Translations under genes and position numbers: made by a program | Part shown: one piece after another, positions 1-9,400 of the stretch | Layout: every line of letters begins with the position of its first letter | Position numbering within the stretch: position 1 is the stretch's first letter | Notes under the pieces: model-generated | The model's database searches: none | What the model saw: only the letters and a program-made list of their open reading frames with translations | What the model was told of the DNA's origin: nothing | NCBI GenBank assembly: GCA_963748825.1 | Contig: CAVVKN010000022.1 | Coordinates: 96,001-160,000, forward strand | Length of the DNA: 64,000 nucleotides | From: Methanotrichaceae archaeon | GTDB taxonomy: Archaea; Halobacteriota; Methanosarcinia; Methanotrichales; Methanotrichaceae | Reading direction: 5' to 3'

Positions 1-134
1 CCTTCCGTGTACTCCACGGTGGTGCCGGGGTAGTTGGCGGAGATGACCTCGATTCCCGTCAGCCGGGAGAAGATGACGCTCTTTCCCACGTTGGGGTTGC
101 CCATGAGGAGTATCTTCAGGGCCGTGTGCTCCAT
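1..134 (-). CDS. feoB: Ferrous iron transport GTPase FeoB, N-terminus (runs off the window's left edge)
   Basis: Manual translation from ATG at 134 gives [45 protein letters not shown], containing the FeoB G1 (GNPNVGKS) and G2 (NYPGTTV) motifs. Confidence 0.92.
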   Translation of the reverse strand, partial: MEHTALKILLMGNPNVGKSVIFSRLTGIEVISANYPGTTVEYTE

Positions 135-150
135 TGGTCGGGTCTCATAC

Positions 151-190
151 TTAGGATATTCATTTCATGGTTAGGATATTTTATACTTAA
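151..190. promoter_or_regulatory. Candidate metal-responsive operator/promoter upstream of feoB
   Basis: TTAGGATATT occurs at 151-160 and 171-180. The second copy extends to a near-palindrome, TTAGG-N10-CTTAA. One copy is retained upstream of the degenerate feoB duplicate (~1350-1359). Confidence 0.3.
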
Positions 191-341
191 CTGGTGCGGT
201 GCAGAGAATCTGATTTCAGATAAACAGGTTACCACACCAAATAGCCAAGAAAAAAAGATGGTGAGACAAGGGAACGCAAAGCCCGAATTCGCAAAGGTTC
301 CTTATCTTTCTGGTTTTGCCATTCAATTGAACTAGACTGTT

Positions 342-905
342 TCAGATCATCTTAACTTGGATTGTATTCAGCAGGTTCTCACTCAGATTCATCGGGATAT
401 TGGCAAGAATCTCTACTTTGGTCATTCCCACGGAGATGTTGTAAGTCTCAATTTCTTTGCTGTCCAGCCAATATTTTGCAATAGTTGTATTTACGACTTT
501 GCCGTCTTTCTCATATGTTTCGATAGCTACAAGGCCTGGTTTGCCATCAATAATACTCTCGGATAAGTTGCCATCCATTATTGTTCCGATGGCTTTCTCG
601 TAATTCAAGGCGAGGTTTAGGTATCTGAGATCTTGAGATAGATCTGCGCATTCCCAGACCGTTTGATTAATTACAGCAATAACAGCTTGGGTATCGTTAG
701 CAAATTTTATATTTAAGCTTGAAGTGGTGTTCGCATCATCCCAATTCGGTGATACCGAATATTCCATTGTTGTATTCAGGTCAAATGAGACGTTGTAAGG
801 CCCAACAGATACTTCCTCAGTCTTTGCCGATGCACCTGCAACCAGCAAGACCATTAAAATTAAAACATGCATCATCTTCATTATTAATCCTCCGGTATTT
901 CTCAT
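342..905 (-). CDS. Secreted hypothetical protein
   Basis: 187-aa ORF with a signal peptide (MKMMHVLILMVLLVAGASA), several NxS/T sequons and lower GC than neighbouring genes. Confidence 0.75.
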   Translation of the reverse strand: MRNTGGLIMKMMHVLILMVLLVAGASAKTEEVSVGPYNVSFDLNTTMEYSVSPNWDDANTTSSLNIKFANDTQAVIAVINQTVWECADLSQDLRYLNLALNYEKAIGTIMDGNLSESIIDGKPGLVAIETYEKDGKVVNTTIAKYWLDSKEIETYNISVGMTKVEILANIPMNLSENLLNTIQVKMI

Positions 906-1200
906 GACAAGAAATTTTTTCCACTAATAGTAATATGTTCTATTGCAATTATATATAGTTAAGGATTGATGCTGTAAGGAAAATGATGCAGTTAATTCTT
1001 GTATGTATTGCGATCAAAATAGATGAATGCGCAAAACCTCCTGGGTCTTCTACCAGATCTCGTCATTGCGGGCACATCGCGGGTCTCTAGATAAGCTTCA
1101 GGGTGCTTCGACTGTGGCACCTTTACCCTGGCGATGGCTTCTACCAGTCGTAGAAACGGCGCCCATAAGACCGGAGCCACGGGAAAGCCAATTCATTCGC

Positions 1201-1333
1201 CCTTCAGTGTACTCCAAGGTGGTGCAGGGGGTAGTTAGCAGAGATGACCGCGATTCCCGTTAGCCGGGAGAAGATGACGCTCTTTCCCAATGGAATTTCC
1301 CATGAGCAGGATCTTCGGGGTAGGAGTCTCCAT
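1201..1333 (-). pseudogene. feoB: Degenerate duplicate of the feoB 5' end (similarity to 1-168 extends to ~1367)
   Basis: Aligns with 1-134 and encodes [44 protein letters not shown], with one 2-nt deletion and one 1-nt insertion. Confidence 0.88.
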
Positions 1334-1586
1334 TGGTTGGTTATCATGCTTAGGATATTCATTTTATTAATACCATTACTATCAATCGGGTTGAACTCAG
1401 CTCAAAAATTGCCACATTTCATAAAGATCAAGGCACTTGAAACATAAAGTTCAAATAGTATTAGGATAAATCAGTATTAAAAAAATTAGTTTGAAATAAA
1501 GAATAGCAAGAGATGCGGGTATTCTTCAACCGTCTGAGGGGATGGATGCAGCTTTCCCGAAATCCTGCTTGAATCAACCGGCTTAA

Positions 1587-2066
1587 ATGAAGGGGGAGGA
1601 TAAAACGTCAATGTTGATACCTATCGGCATAGTTATGCTGAGTGGCGCAGTAGGCGGAATTGTGAATGCACTGGTGAGCGACAACGGTTTTGTCAGGCCC
1701 AGTGAGGAGACGGCGGGCGATGTCACCATAATCCGCCCCGGCTTTGCAGGCAACATACTTCTGGGAGCCATGGCCGCCTTCATCTCCTGGGGCCTTTACG
1801 GAGCCTTCAGCAATGCGATAATCTGGGGTGCGAACACGGGAATGGGAATGGAGGATATAACCGTCTCCATCTCATCCATCGCCGGCGCAGTCCTGGTGGG
1901 GATAGGCGGAGCCCGCTGGCTGACCAACGAGGTGGACAAGAAGCTGCTGCGAACAGCAGCGTCCGCGGCTGCCGCCTCCAAGGCGTCGTTTGACGATTCC
2001 CAGAGGATTGCCCGGGCCACCCCGGCCCAGGCATTCAATATCGCCAAGAAGATGTACAAAGAGTGA
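1587..2066 (+). CDS. Small membrane protein (DUF4257-like)
   Basis: About three hydrophobic segments; GAVGGIVNAL...RPGFAGNILLGAMAAF and GIGGARWL pattern. Confidence 0.6.
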   Translation: MKGEDKTSMLIPIGIVMLSGAVGGIVNALVSDNGFVRPSEETAGDVTIIRPGFAGNILLGAMAAFISWGLYGAFSNAIIWGANTGMGMEDITVSISSIAGAVLVGIGGARWLTNEVDKKLLRTAASAAAASKASFDDSQRIARATPAQAFNIAKKMYKE

Positions 2067-2082
2067 GAAACTAAAGGCCTGA

Positions 2083-2910
2083 ATGGGCCATTACAATCAC
2101 AGAGTGCATGCGGGCAATGCTGGGGACGTCTGGAAGCATTTCCTCCTGCTGGAGGCGGCAGATTGCCTCCTCGACCCCGACGGCAGGCTGGTTTATGCGG
2201 AAAGCCATGTGGGACGTCCCGAGTATGCCCTGAGAGCGCCCGGTGATTGGGAAGGTGGAATAGGCAAAATATGGCCGCGTTTGCCTTCCCTCAGAAATTT
2301 TTGCTATTTTGATATCATGGCTGATTTGAATCCCGAAAAACCGTATTCATTCCCCCATTCAGAACCGGTTTTGAGCCCCTTGCTTTATCCCGGATCGGCC
2401 CGCCTTATCTATGAGCTGGCGAAGAGGAAAGGAGCAAGTCTGCAAGCCGATGTTTGGGATAATGATCCGGGTGTAGCCAGCTCTTGGGAGAGCTTTACTC
2501 AGGCGGCAGCGGCAAAGTCTACTGGGTCATTTCAGCCGGCTAAAATCGTCTTTCACCAGGGAGACGGCTTTCTTGGAGTGCTGTCCCGGCTGAGAAGATC
2601 TCCTGCGGGACTCCTTCTCATCGATCCTCCGTACATTGATCCCGAAGATGTCCGGCTCGCCGAGAAGCTGCTGCAAAGAGCGAAAGACCTGGGATGGATT
2701 GTGCTCTGGTGGTACATGATGGACATGAAGACCGCGCCGGATGACTTGCAGACATTCGAGCTGCAATTTGCCGAGGCAGGGCTTGAAGGCGGAAGATGGA
2801 AAGGAGCTGTCGTGGCTTTTGCCGGAGGTGATAGCGAGCGGTTTGACCATCTCATTAGCCACGTTCACCTGCAAATACAAAATTTCATCAGAATACTTAA
2901 ATTGGAATAA
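2083..2910 (+). CDS. rlmJ: 23S rRNA m6A2030 methyltransferase RlmJ-like protein
   Basis: N-terminal YNHRVHAGNAGDVWKH (RlmJ signature YxHxxHAGNxxDVxKH), YPGS, GDGF and the catalytic IDPPY motif. Confidence 0.8.
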   Translation: MGHYNHRVHAGNAGDVWKHFLLLEAADCLLDPDGRLVYAESHVGRPEYALRAPGDWEGGIGKIWPRLPSLRNFCYFDIMADLNPEKPYSFPHSEPVLSPLLYPGSARLIYELAKRKGASLQADVWDNDPGVASSWESFTQAAAAKSTGSFQPAKIVFHQGDGFLGVLSRLRRSPAGLLLIDPPYIDPEDVRLAEKLLQRAKDLGWIVLWWYMMDMKTAPDDLQTFELQFAEAGLEGGRWKGAVVAFAGGDSERFDHLISHVHLQIQNFIRILKLE

Positions 2911-2926
2911 TCCAGAAAGATATCTG

Positions 2927-4924
2927 ATGGAGCAAGAGCTGCTAAAAGATGTAGTGGTCATATTCGTACTGTCTGTTGCAGTTCTCTTCCTATTCCACAG
3001 GCTTCGGGCACCTACAATTGTGGGCTTTCTGCTTACCGGGATTTTGGCTGGACCGCAAGGTTTCGGCCTGATAAGTGCCTCGGAACAGGTAGCCATCTTA
3101 GCTGAGATTGGCGTGGTCCTTCTCCTCTTCACAGTTGGAATGGAGGTCTCTCTCAAGGATCTCCTGAAGATCAAGAAATATGTTCTTGTGGGCGGATCGC
3201 TCCAGGTAATTCTGACTATTTTAGTAGTTTTTGCCATTCTTCTAAGGATGCAGGTGCCCATTGGAGAGGCACTGATGCTAGGCTTTCTCATATCTTTGAG
3301 CAGCACGGCCATCGTTCTTCGCATCATTCAGAAAAAAGAGCAATTCGATAGCGTCTATGGCCGGACGACCCTGAGCATACTGATCTTTCAAGATATTGCC
3401 GTCGTTCCCATGATGCTAATTGTGCCGCTGCTTCCTGGGGCGATGCAGACGACGCTGCAATCGCCCTTGCTGATTTTGGCCAAAGTCCTGGGCCTGATCG
3501 CTCTGGTAATACTGAGCGCCAAGTGGATTGTGCCCCAAATTCTCTATCACATCGCCAAGACGGGGGACCGAGAGCTGTTTCTTCTCAGCATCGTTGCCAT
3601 CTGTCTTAGCGTGGCCTGGATAAGCTCGCTGGCCGGGCTATCATTGGGCCTCGGCGCTTTTTTTGCCGGGCTTATAATATCCGAGTCGCCCTACAGTCAC
3701 CAGGCCTTTGGCAATGTGATGCCCCTTCGTGACGCTTTTACCAGCTTCTTCTTCATCTCCATAGGCATGCTCCTCGACCTGAATTATCTCCTGCAAAATC
3801 CGGTTTATATAATTTTGGCCGCATTGGCAGTTATGGCTCTAAAAGCCTTAGTCGCCGGCTTTACTGTTTCCATTTTAGGCCTGCCGCTGCGCATAAGCGT
3901 CCTTGTGGGACTGGCTTTATGTCAGATCGGTGAATTCTCTTTCATACTGTCCAAAACAGGTTTTGATAGCGGCATCATCTCCGTGGAAGTCTACCAGCTT
4001 TTCCTCGATGTTGCCGTGCTGACCATGGGTGCCACATCCATCCTCATGGCTGTTTCACCAAAGGTGGCAGACAGCTTTTTAAGGCTTCCCATCCCGGATA
4101 GATTGAGAAATAGAACACTGCCCATGGCGGTAGCAAGAGATCCTCAATGGAGAGATCACCTGGTCATCATCGGCTACGGTGTAAATGGCAGGAACGTGGC
4201 CATGTCTGCCCGGTCGGAAGGCATACCATTTGTCATAGTTGAAATGGATCCGGACATAGTGATGCGGGAAGAGAAAAAGGGGGAGCCGATCCGTTTCGGC
4301 GATGCCTCCCAGGAAGCCGTACTGCAATATGTCGGAATTAAAAGCGCAAGAGTGGCGGCAATAGCCATATCAGATCCTGCAGCTACTCGCAGGATAACGG
4401 AGCTGGCGAGAAGGATGAATCCCGGCCTGTTTCTCATCGTCAGAACGCGCTACCTGCAAGAGATGAATCCACTAAAGGAACTGGGAGCAGACGAGGTCAT
4501 ACCAGAGGAATACGAGACCTCCATAGAGATCTTCGCCCGGGTGCTGGAGCGCTATAATGTGCCCAGAGAAAAGATCGAGCAGTTCATTGATCACATCAGG
4601 TTGGAGGGCTATGAGATGTTTCGGAGCCCTTCCCAGGAACCGTACTGCAATGCCAATTTAAGCATGTTGAGCGATGAGATACGCTCCTTTAAGGTTCTAC
4701 CCGGATCACAGGCTGAAGGAAAATCGATTGCATCGGCAAGCCTGGAAGGGCAGGGCATCAAATTTTTAGCCCTGCACAGAGATCTGCAGACGATACCTAA
4801 TCCGGATAGCAAAATGCTGCTACAAGCAGATGATGTTGCCGTTCTCATGGGACCGGGAGAGAAAATAGACCAGGCGGGAAGATGGTTTTCGGATTCTATC
4901 ATATTGCCCCAAATTTACCGTTAA
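2927..4924 (+). CDS. Kef-type (CPA2) cation:proton antiporter with TrkA-N and TrkA-C domains
   Basis: Multi-TM CPA2 motifs (LAEIGVVLLLFTVGME, LSSTAIV, ILIFQDI, QIGEFSF) and RCK motif IIGYGVNG. Likely start is ATG 2927. Confidence 0.92.
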   Translation: MEQELLKDVVVIFVLSVAVLFLFHRLRAPTIVGFLLTGILAGPQGFGLISASEQVAILAEIGVVLLLFTVGMEVSLKDLLKIKKYVLVGGSLQVILTILVVFAILLRMQVPIGEALMLGFLISLSSTAIVLRIIQKKEQFDSVYGRTTLSILIFQDIAVVPMMLIVPLLPGAMQTTLQSPLLILAKVLGLIALVILSAKWIVPQILYHIAKTGDRELFLLSIVAICLSVAWISSLAGLSLGLGAFFAGLIISESPYSHQAFGNVMPLRDAFTSFFFISIGMLLDLNYLLQNPVYIILAALAVMALKALVAGFTVSILGLPLRISVLVGLALCQIGEFSFILSKTGFDSGIISVEVYQLFLDVAVLTMGATSILMAVSPKVADSFLRLPIPDRLRNRTLPMAVARDPQWRDHLVIIGYGVNGRNVAMSARSEGIPFVIVEMDPDIVMREEKKGEPIRFGDASQEAVLQYVGIKSARVAAIAISDPAATRRITELARRMNPGLFLIVRTRYLQEMNPLKELGADEVIPEEYETSIEIFARVLERYNVPREKIEQFIDHIRLEGYEMFRSPSQEPYCNANLSMLSDEIRSFKVLPGSQAEGKSIASASLEGQGIKFLALHRDLQTIPNPDSKMLLQADDVAVLMGPGEKIDQAGRWFSDSIILPQIYR

Positions 4925-4999
4925 GTTTATCAGTTCTCTTGAGGATTTATTCGCATAAGGGGATCTCTACTGCGCAAAGCCTACCGTCTCACACTATCA

Positions 5000-6640
5000 T
5001 TGCTGCTCGTTTTGCTGATTTACAGCCTCGTCTTCATGGCACTGATGAGCCTTGAGGGCCAGTCCCAGAATGTGAATATTGCCACGGCTGTCTACTGGGT
5101 GGTGGTGACCATGACCACGCTGGGCTTTGGAGATATCGTCTTCAAAACCCCGATAGGATACTTTTTTACGATCATAGTATCTCTCTCAGGAATTGCCATT
5201 CTCTGGGCAGTGGTGGTTCCACTGGGCATAACTCCCAATCTGGAGCGATTGATCCGGGCCGCTCCCTCTTCCGCCCCGGAGAAGATGAACGGCCACATAA
5301 TTATTTCCGGATACAATCCCATTGTGGAGACATTAGCAGAGAGATTTTCTCTGCTGAAGATACCGTTTTTAATCATCGAGCGCAGAGAGAGCGTAGCCAG
5401 AAGCATCTATAAGAATTATCCCGTGCTCTGGGGAGATCCTTCCCAGGCAGAGGTGCAACGAAAATCGAGCATCAGCTCCGCCCGGCTCTTCATAGCCAAC
5501 GAAAATGACGAGCTGAATGCCGAGGTCATTTTAACATTACGAGAAGTCTCGGATATTGAGATCATAGCTCTGGTAGACGATCTGACCAGATCCAGGTTCC
5601 TGAGATATGCGGGAGCCTCCCGCATCATCTCGCCTAAAACACTGCTCGGGACTTTCATCGCCCAGATCACCTCTCTGCCTATGAGAAATGTATTTCCGGG
5701 ATCCATCCAGCTCTTTGGCGATCTTCTCCTGGTGGAGTTGCCCATCTATCCGGGTGCGGAGTTGATCGGAGAGAAGCTGGAGGAAATAGGCATAAAGAGA
5801 TCGGGCGCAGGCATCGTGGGCATCTGGCAAAGAGGAGTCTTTCATCCTAGCCCCGGGCCCGAGGAGACCGTGCATTCCAACTCGGTGCTGATGGCAGTGG
5901 GAAATATCGAGCAGCTTTCCGCCATCAGGGATCTCACCTTAGGCACTCGCAAGGAGGGCCCTCAAATAATCCTGGGATATGGGGATGTGGGAAAACGGGT
6001 GGCTGCAGTTCTATCGGACTGCGGAACAAATCCAACGATCCTGGACCGGCGTGATTTAACAGAAACCGCCTTTGTGCATATAGTCGGCGATGCTACGGAA
6101 GAGGCCGATCTACTGCAAGCAGGAATCAAAGAAGCGGTGGGTGTTCTGATCATGCTCAACTTAGACTCGGATGCCATTTATGCCACACTTCTCGCCAAAA
6201 ATCTTAACCCTCATGCTTTTGTGGTGGTGAGAGCCAATCACCTCAGGTCGGCCGAGAATATCTACCGGGCCGGTGCGGACTATGTAGCATCCGTGCCAAT
6301 CGTAGCCAGCCACATGCTGGCCAGGATCATCCAGGGAGAAGAGGAGAAGCTGGATCTCTTATATGAGGATCTTGAGCTGAAGATATTCCATGTAAGCAAG
6401 AGGTCGCGCTTAGCGGGAAGAACCCTGGGGGAGCTGGATCTGCCACAGATGTTCGGCTGCCGGGCGGTAGCTCTGGAGCGGATGGGCCAGGCCATTGCTG
6501 TGCCGGACATAAAGACGGTAGTAGAAGGAGGCGATATTCTGGCACTGATGGGCAGCCCGAAGGGCATTGAGGCCTTCAGCCGGAAATACGATCGAAGGAA
6601 AGACTGGAAGAAGAGAATGAAGATCCTGCTGCAATTTTAA
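5000..6640 (+). CDS. Potassium channel with 2TM pore and tandem RCK (TrkA-N/TrkA-C) domains
   Basis: Pore signature TMTTLGFGD and two RCK Rossmann motifs (IISGYN, ILGYGDVG). The frame is open back to 4943, so the true start may be upstream. Confidence 0.9.
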   Translation: MLLVLLIYSLVFMALMSLEGQSQNVNIATAVYWVVVTMTTLGFGDIVFKTPIGYFFTIIVSLSGIAILWAVVVPLGITPNLERLIRAAPSSAPEKMNGHIIISGYNPIVETLAERFSLLKIPFLIIERRESVARSIYKNYPVLWGDPSQAEVQRKSSISSARLFIANENDELNAEVILTLREVSDIEIIALVDDLTRSRFLRYAGASRIISPKTLLGTFIAQITSLPMRNVFPGSIQLFGDLLLVELPIYPGAELIGEKLEEIGIKRSGAGIVGIWQRGVFHPSPGPEETVHSNSVLMAVGNIEQLSAIRDLTLGTRKEGPQIILGYGDVGKRVAAVLSDCGTNPTILDRRDLTETAFVHIVGDATEEADLLQAGIKEAVGVLIMLNLDSDAIYATLLAKNLNPHAFVVVRANHLRSAENIYRAGADYVASVPIVASHMLARIIQGEEEKLDLLYEDLELKIFHVSKRSRLAGRTLGELDLPQMFGCRAVALERMGQAIAVPDIKTVVEGGDILALMGSPKGIEAFSRKYDRRKDWKKRMKILLQF

Positions 6641-6745
6641 TGGCGAGAGATTCCAGGACGTTCTTGAGCTGATACAGTATATTTTTAAGCCATTCTGGCA
6701 ATGTTCAAGTAAAATAACATCGGATATTTGTTGAGAGATAAGATC

Positions 6746-7816
6746 ATGACGCTCCGTCTGATAGAGATTGGCCTCCCTAAAAATAAGCAACACGCAGTGG
6801 AAGAGCTAATAAGCGGTAGAAAGGAAGTGCTCGATTTAACAATTCAGCCAGCGGTAGGTTTCTGGAAGATTCCGGTACAGGGTGACTGGAAGACCCGCTT
6901 TTCGACCGATAAAATTCTTATCAGGATGCTGGTGCTGACAGAGGGAAGCCAAAACCTGCTCGATCTGCTGGAAGAAGCGTTCTCAGAGGAGGACGGCTTC
7001 AGGATAAATATCTTCGCGCTGGAGGCATCCTTTCCCAGTATCTCCGAGGAGGACAAGATTGAGGCAGACTCTTCGGATGAGGAGGAAAAAAAACATAAGG
7101 GAAGGGTGAGCCGGGAAGAGCTGCATGATGATCTGGAGAAGGGAGCCATGACCTCCAAAATTTATATTTCTATGATAATCCTCTCTTCAATTGTTGCAGC
7201 AATCGGAGTCATCAATAATAACGTGGCAGTGATAATTGGGGCTATGGTTATAGCTCCTATGCTAACACCCAATGTTTCCCTGTCTTTGGCGACAGCTCTT
7301 GGTGATTTGTCGCTGGCGAAGAGCGCCCTCAAAACCATCTTTTTGGGCATTTTCATCGCCATAGTTCTATCTTTTGCTCTTGGACTCTTACTACCAGTAG
7401 ATCCTTCTTTGCAGGAGATATCATCCAGAACCAGTTTAGGGCTAATGGACATCGTCCTGGCATTGGCTTCCGGCGCAGCAGGAGCTTTATCCTTTACATC
7501 AGCCGCTCCCGCCGTCCTTATCGGTGTCGCAGTGGCGGTTGCTCTCATGCCACCCTTAGTTGTGTTTGGATTGCTTTTAGGGGCAGGCTACTATTCGCTG
7601 GCTTTGGGTGCTTTGCTCCTATTTCTGGCAAATCTCATTTCTGTTAACCTGGCAGGAGTTGTCACCTTCCTGGCCCAGGGAATTGAACCCAGGACCTGGT
7701 GGGAAGCCAAGAAAGCAAAGGAAGCCACTGTGCTAGCTATTGTGGGCTGGGTATTATTATTAGCGATTCTAATAATAATAGTGTTCTCTGGGGGCCATCA
7801 AATCCTTAAACCATGA
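6746..7816 (+). CDS. TIGR00341/DUF389 family membrane protein
   Basis: RVSREEL, VIIGAMVIAP, EISSRT, GVAVAVALMPPL and NLISVNLAG motifs. Confidence 0.9.
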   Translation: MTLRLIEIGLPKNKQHAVEELISGRKEVLDLTIQPAVGFWKIPVQGDWKTRFSTDKILIRMLVLTEGSQNLLDLLEEAFSEEDGFRINIFALEASFPSISEEDKIEADSSDEEEKKHKGRVSREELHDDLEKGAMTSKIYISMIILSSIVAAIGVINNNVAVIIGAMVIAPMLTPNVSLSLATALGDLSLAKSALKTIFLGIFIAIVLSFALGLLLPVDPSLQEISSRTSLGLMDIVLALASGAAGALSFTSAAPAVLIGVAVAVALMPPLVVFGLLLGAGYYSLALGALLLFLANLISVNLAGVVTFLAQGIEPRTWWEAKKAKEATVLAIVGWVLLLAILIIIVFSGGHQILKP

Positions 7817-7885
7817 CCTGCCCGCATAATCCTTTGTAAAAATTTTAGGGAAATACTTATATTTTTTAACCGCAAAGGGGAAACG

Positions 7886-9370
7886 ATGCCATCAATTACC
7901 CATCTTCTAATTGGAATGATCCTGATTGCCTCTATAACCTCATCGCAGGCAACCGTCATCACCGTCGGACAGCAAGGCTGCGATTTCTACCGAATCGAAG
8001 CTGCTATCGATTCAGCCGGTCCGGGAGACATCATCGAGGTCCACAGTGGAGAATACTCCGTCAATCTGAATATAACCACTCCCTTCCTGGTTCTTCGAGG
8101 CATGGATACAGGAGAGGGCAGGCCCGTCCTGCGAGCTGGAAGTTCCACAGCCGATATCGAGGAGCGCGGCACTGGCATAACTGAGATGATTGTGAAGTCC
8201 GGGGGTACGGCCATAGCCATCCGGGAATTCGGATGCACTGTGGAAGGCTTCGACATTACAGGCGTCACCTGGCCGATTCCCTATGGATCTGGCGAGCATA
8301 ACGACCTCATAGGCAATGCTGCCATCAGAGTCTACTCCGACGGGAATACTATATCCAACAATACGTTTTACGGCAGCGACCTGACGGCCATTGGCCTATG
8401 GAATTGCAGCAACAACAAGATCATCAATAACACCATAAAAGACATCCCCTTTGGCTATGCAGTCGAGCTGTACAACTCAGATGGCAACAGCATTGAGGAC
8501 AACTTGCTGCTCCATAATGACTGGGGCATTGAGATGCAGAGAAGCGACTCAAATACTGTTGAAGGCAATGAGATAACAGATAGCATCAACGATGCCATAA
8601 GAGCCGTAAAATGCAACTTTTCCATAATTTCAGGCAATACAATTACAGGGAGCGGCTGGGAGAGCGAATATGAGGGCAATGGAAACGGCATATATCTGGT
8701 CGGATCTATGGGCCTTATTTCCGACAATATCATCCTGTTCAACAGAGGACATGGCATTTACATTGAGAGCATCTTCTGGAACAATTATCCGGCGGATGAG
8801 TCCTATGATAATTTTATCTATCGAAATAAAATTAGGGACAACGGCAAAGGCGGGATTGCCCTGGCAAAGAGCTGGCAGAATTCGCTATGGGAGAACAACA
8901 TCACAGCAAATCAAGGCGATGGCATAAGCTTCACCTTGAGCCACAACAATACAATTGAATCAAATAACATCAGCAAGAACCGGCACGGGATATTCCTGCA
9001 CCAATCCAACTATACAAAAATTGCCAATTCCACTATCATGGATGAAGCAAAAAGTGGCATTATTCTCGATCAATTCTGCATAGGAAATGCTCTTGCCGCT
9101 AACATAGTCTCCAATAACACCGAAGGCATCAATGTCTCGGGCGGCTCTTATGGGAATGCCATTTTTGGAAATAATATCACCTTAAATGCGCAGTCAGCCT
9201 GGGACGAGGGAGCCAATTCCTGGGATAAGGAAGGCAGGGGCAACTATTACGGCCAAATGGATTGCAGGGACCTGGACGGTGACGGCATTTGCGATTCGCC
9301 TTACCTGATTGCCGGCGGCTCCAGTGTGGATCGCTACCCTCTGGCGAGCTGGACGAGAACGCCCAAATGA
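7886..9370 (+). CDS. Secreted right-handed parallel beta-helix (NosD/CASH) protein
   Basis: Signal peptide, IEAAIDSAGPGDIIEVHSGEY, many GI.L..S.NN.I..N repeats and C-terminal GNYY...DGDGICDSPY...DRYPL. Confidence 0.88.
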   Translation: MPSITHLLIGMILIASITSSQATVITVGQQGCDFYRIEAAIDSAGPGDIIEVHSGEYSVNLNITTPFLVLRGMDTGEGRPVLRAGSSTADIEERGTGITEMIVKSGGTAIAIREFGCTVEGFDITGVTWPIPYGSGEHNDLIGNAAIRVYSDGNTISNNTFYGSDLTAIGLWNCSNNKIINNTIKDIPFGYAVELYNSDGNSIEDNLLLHNDWGIEMQRSDSNTVEGNEITDSINDAIRAVKCNFSIISGNTITGSGWESEYEGNGNGIYLVGSMGLISDNIILFNRGHGIYIESIFWNNYPADESYDNFIYRNKIRDNGKGGIALAKSWQNSLWENNITANQGDGISFTLSHNNTIESNNISKNRHGIFLHQSNYTKIANSTIMDEAKSGIILDQFCIGNALAANIVSNNTEGINVSGGSYGNAIFGNNITLNAQSAWDEGANSWDKEGRGNYYGQMDCRDLDGDGICDSPYLIAGGSSVDRYPLASWTRTPK

Positions 9371-9400
9371 TCTCATCTATCCATCTCAAGAGGCAGTGAT

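Noticed and set aside
2741-2926. N-terminal extension of the Kef ORF as given in the ORF track
   Set aside because: It overlaps rlmJ in another frame; ATG 2927 gives a normal CPA2 N-terminus.
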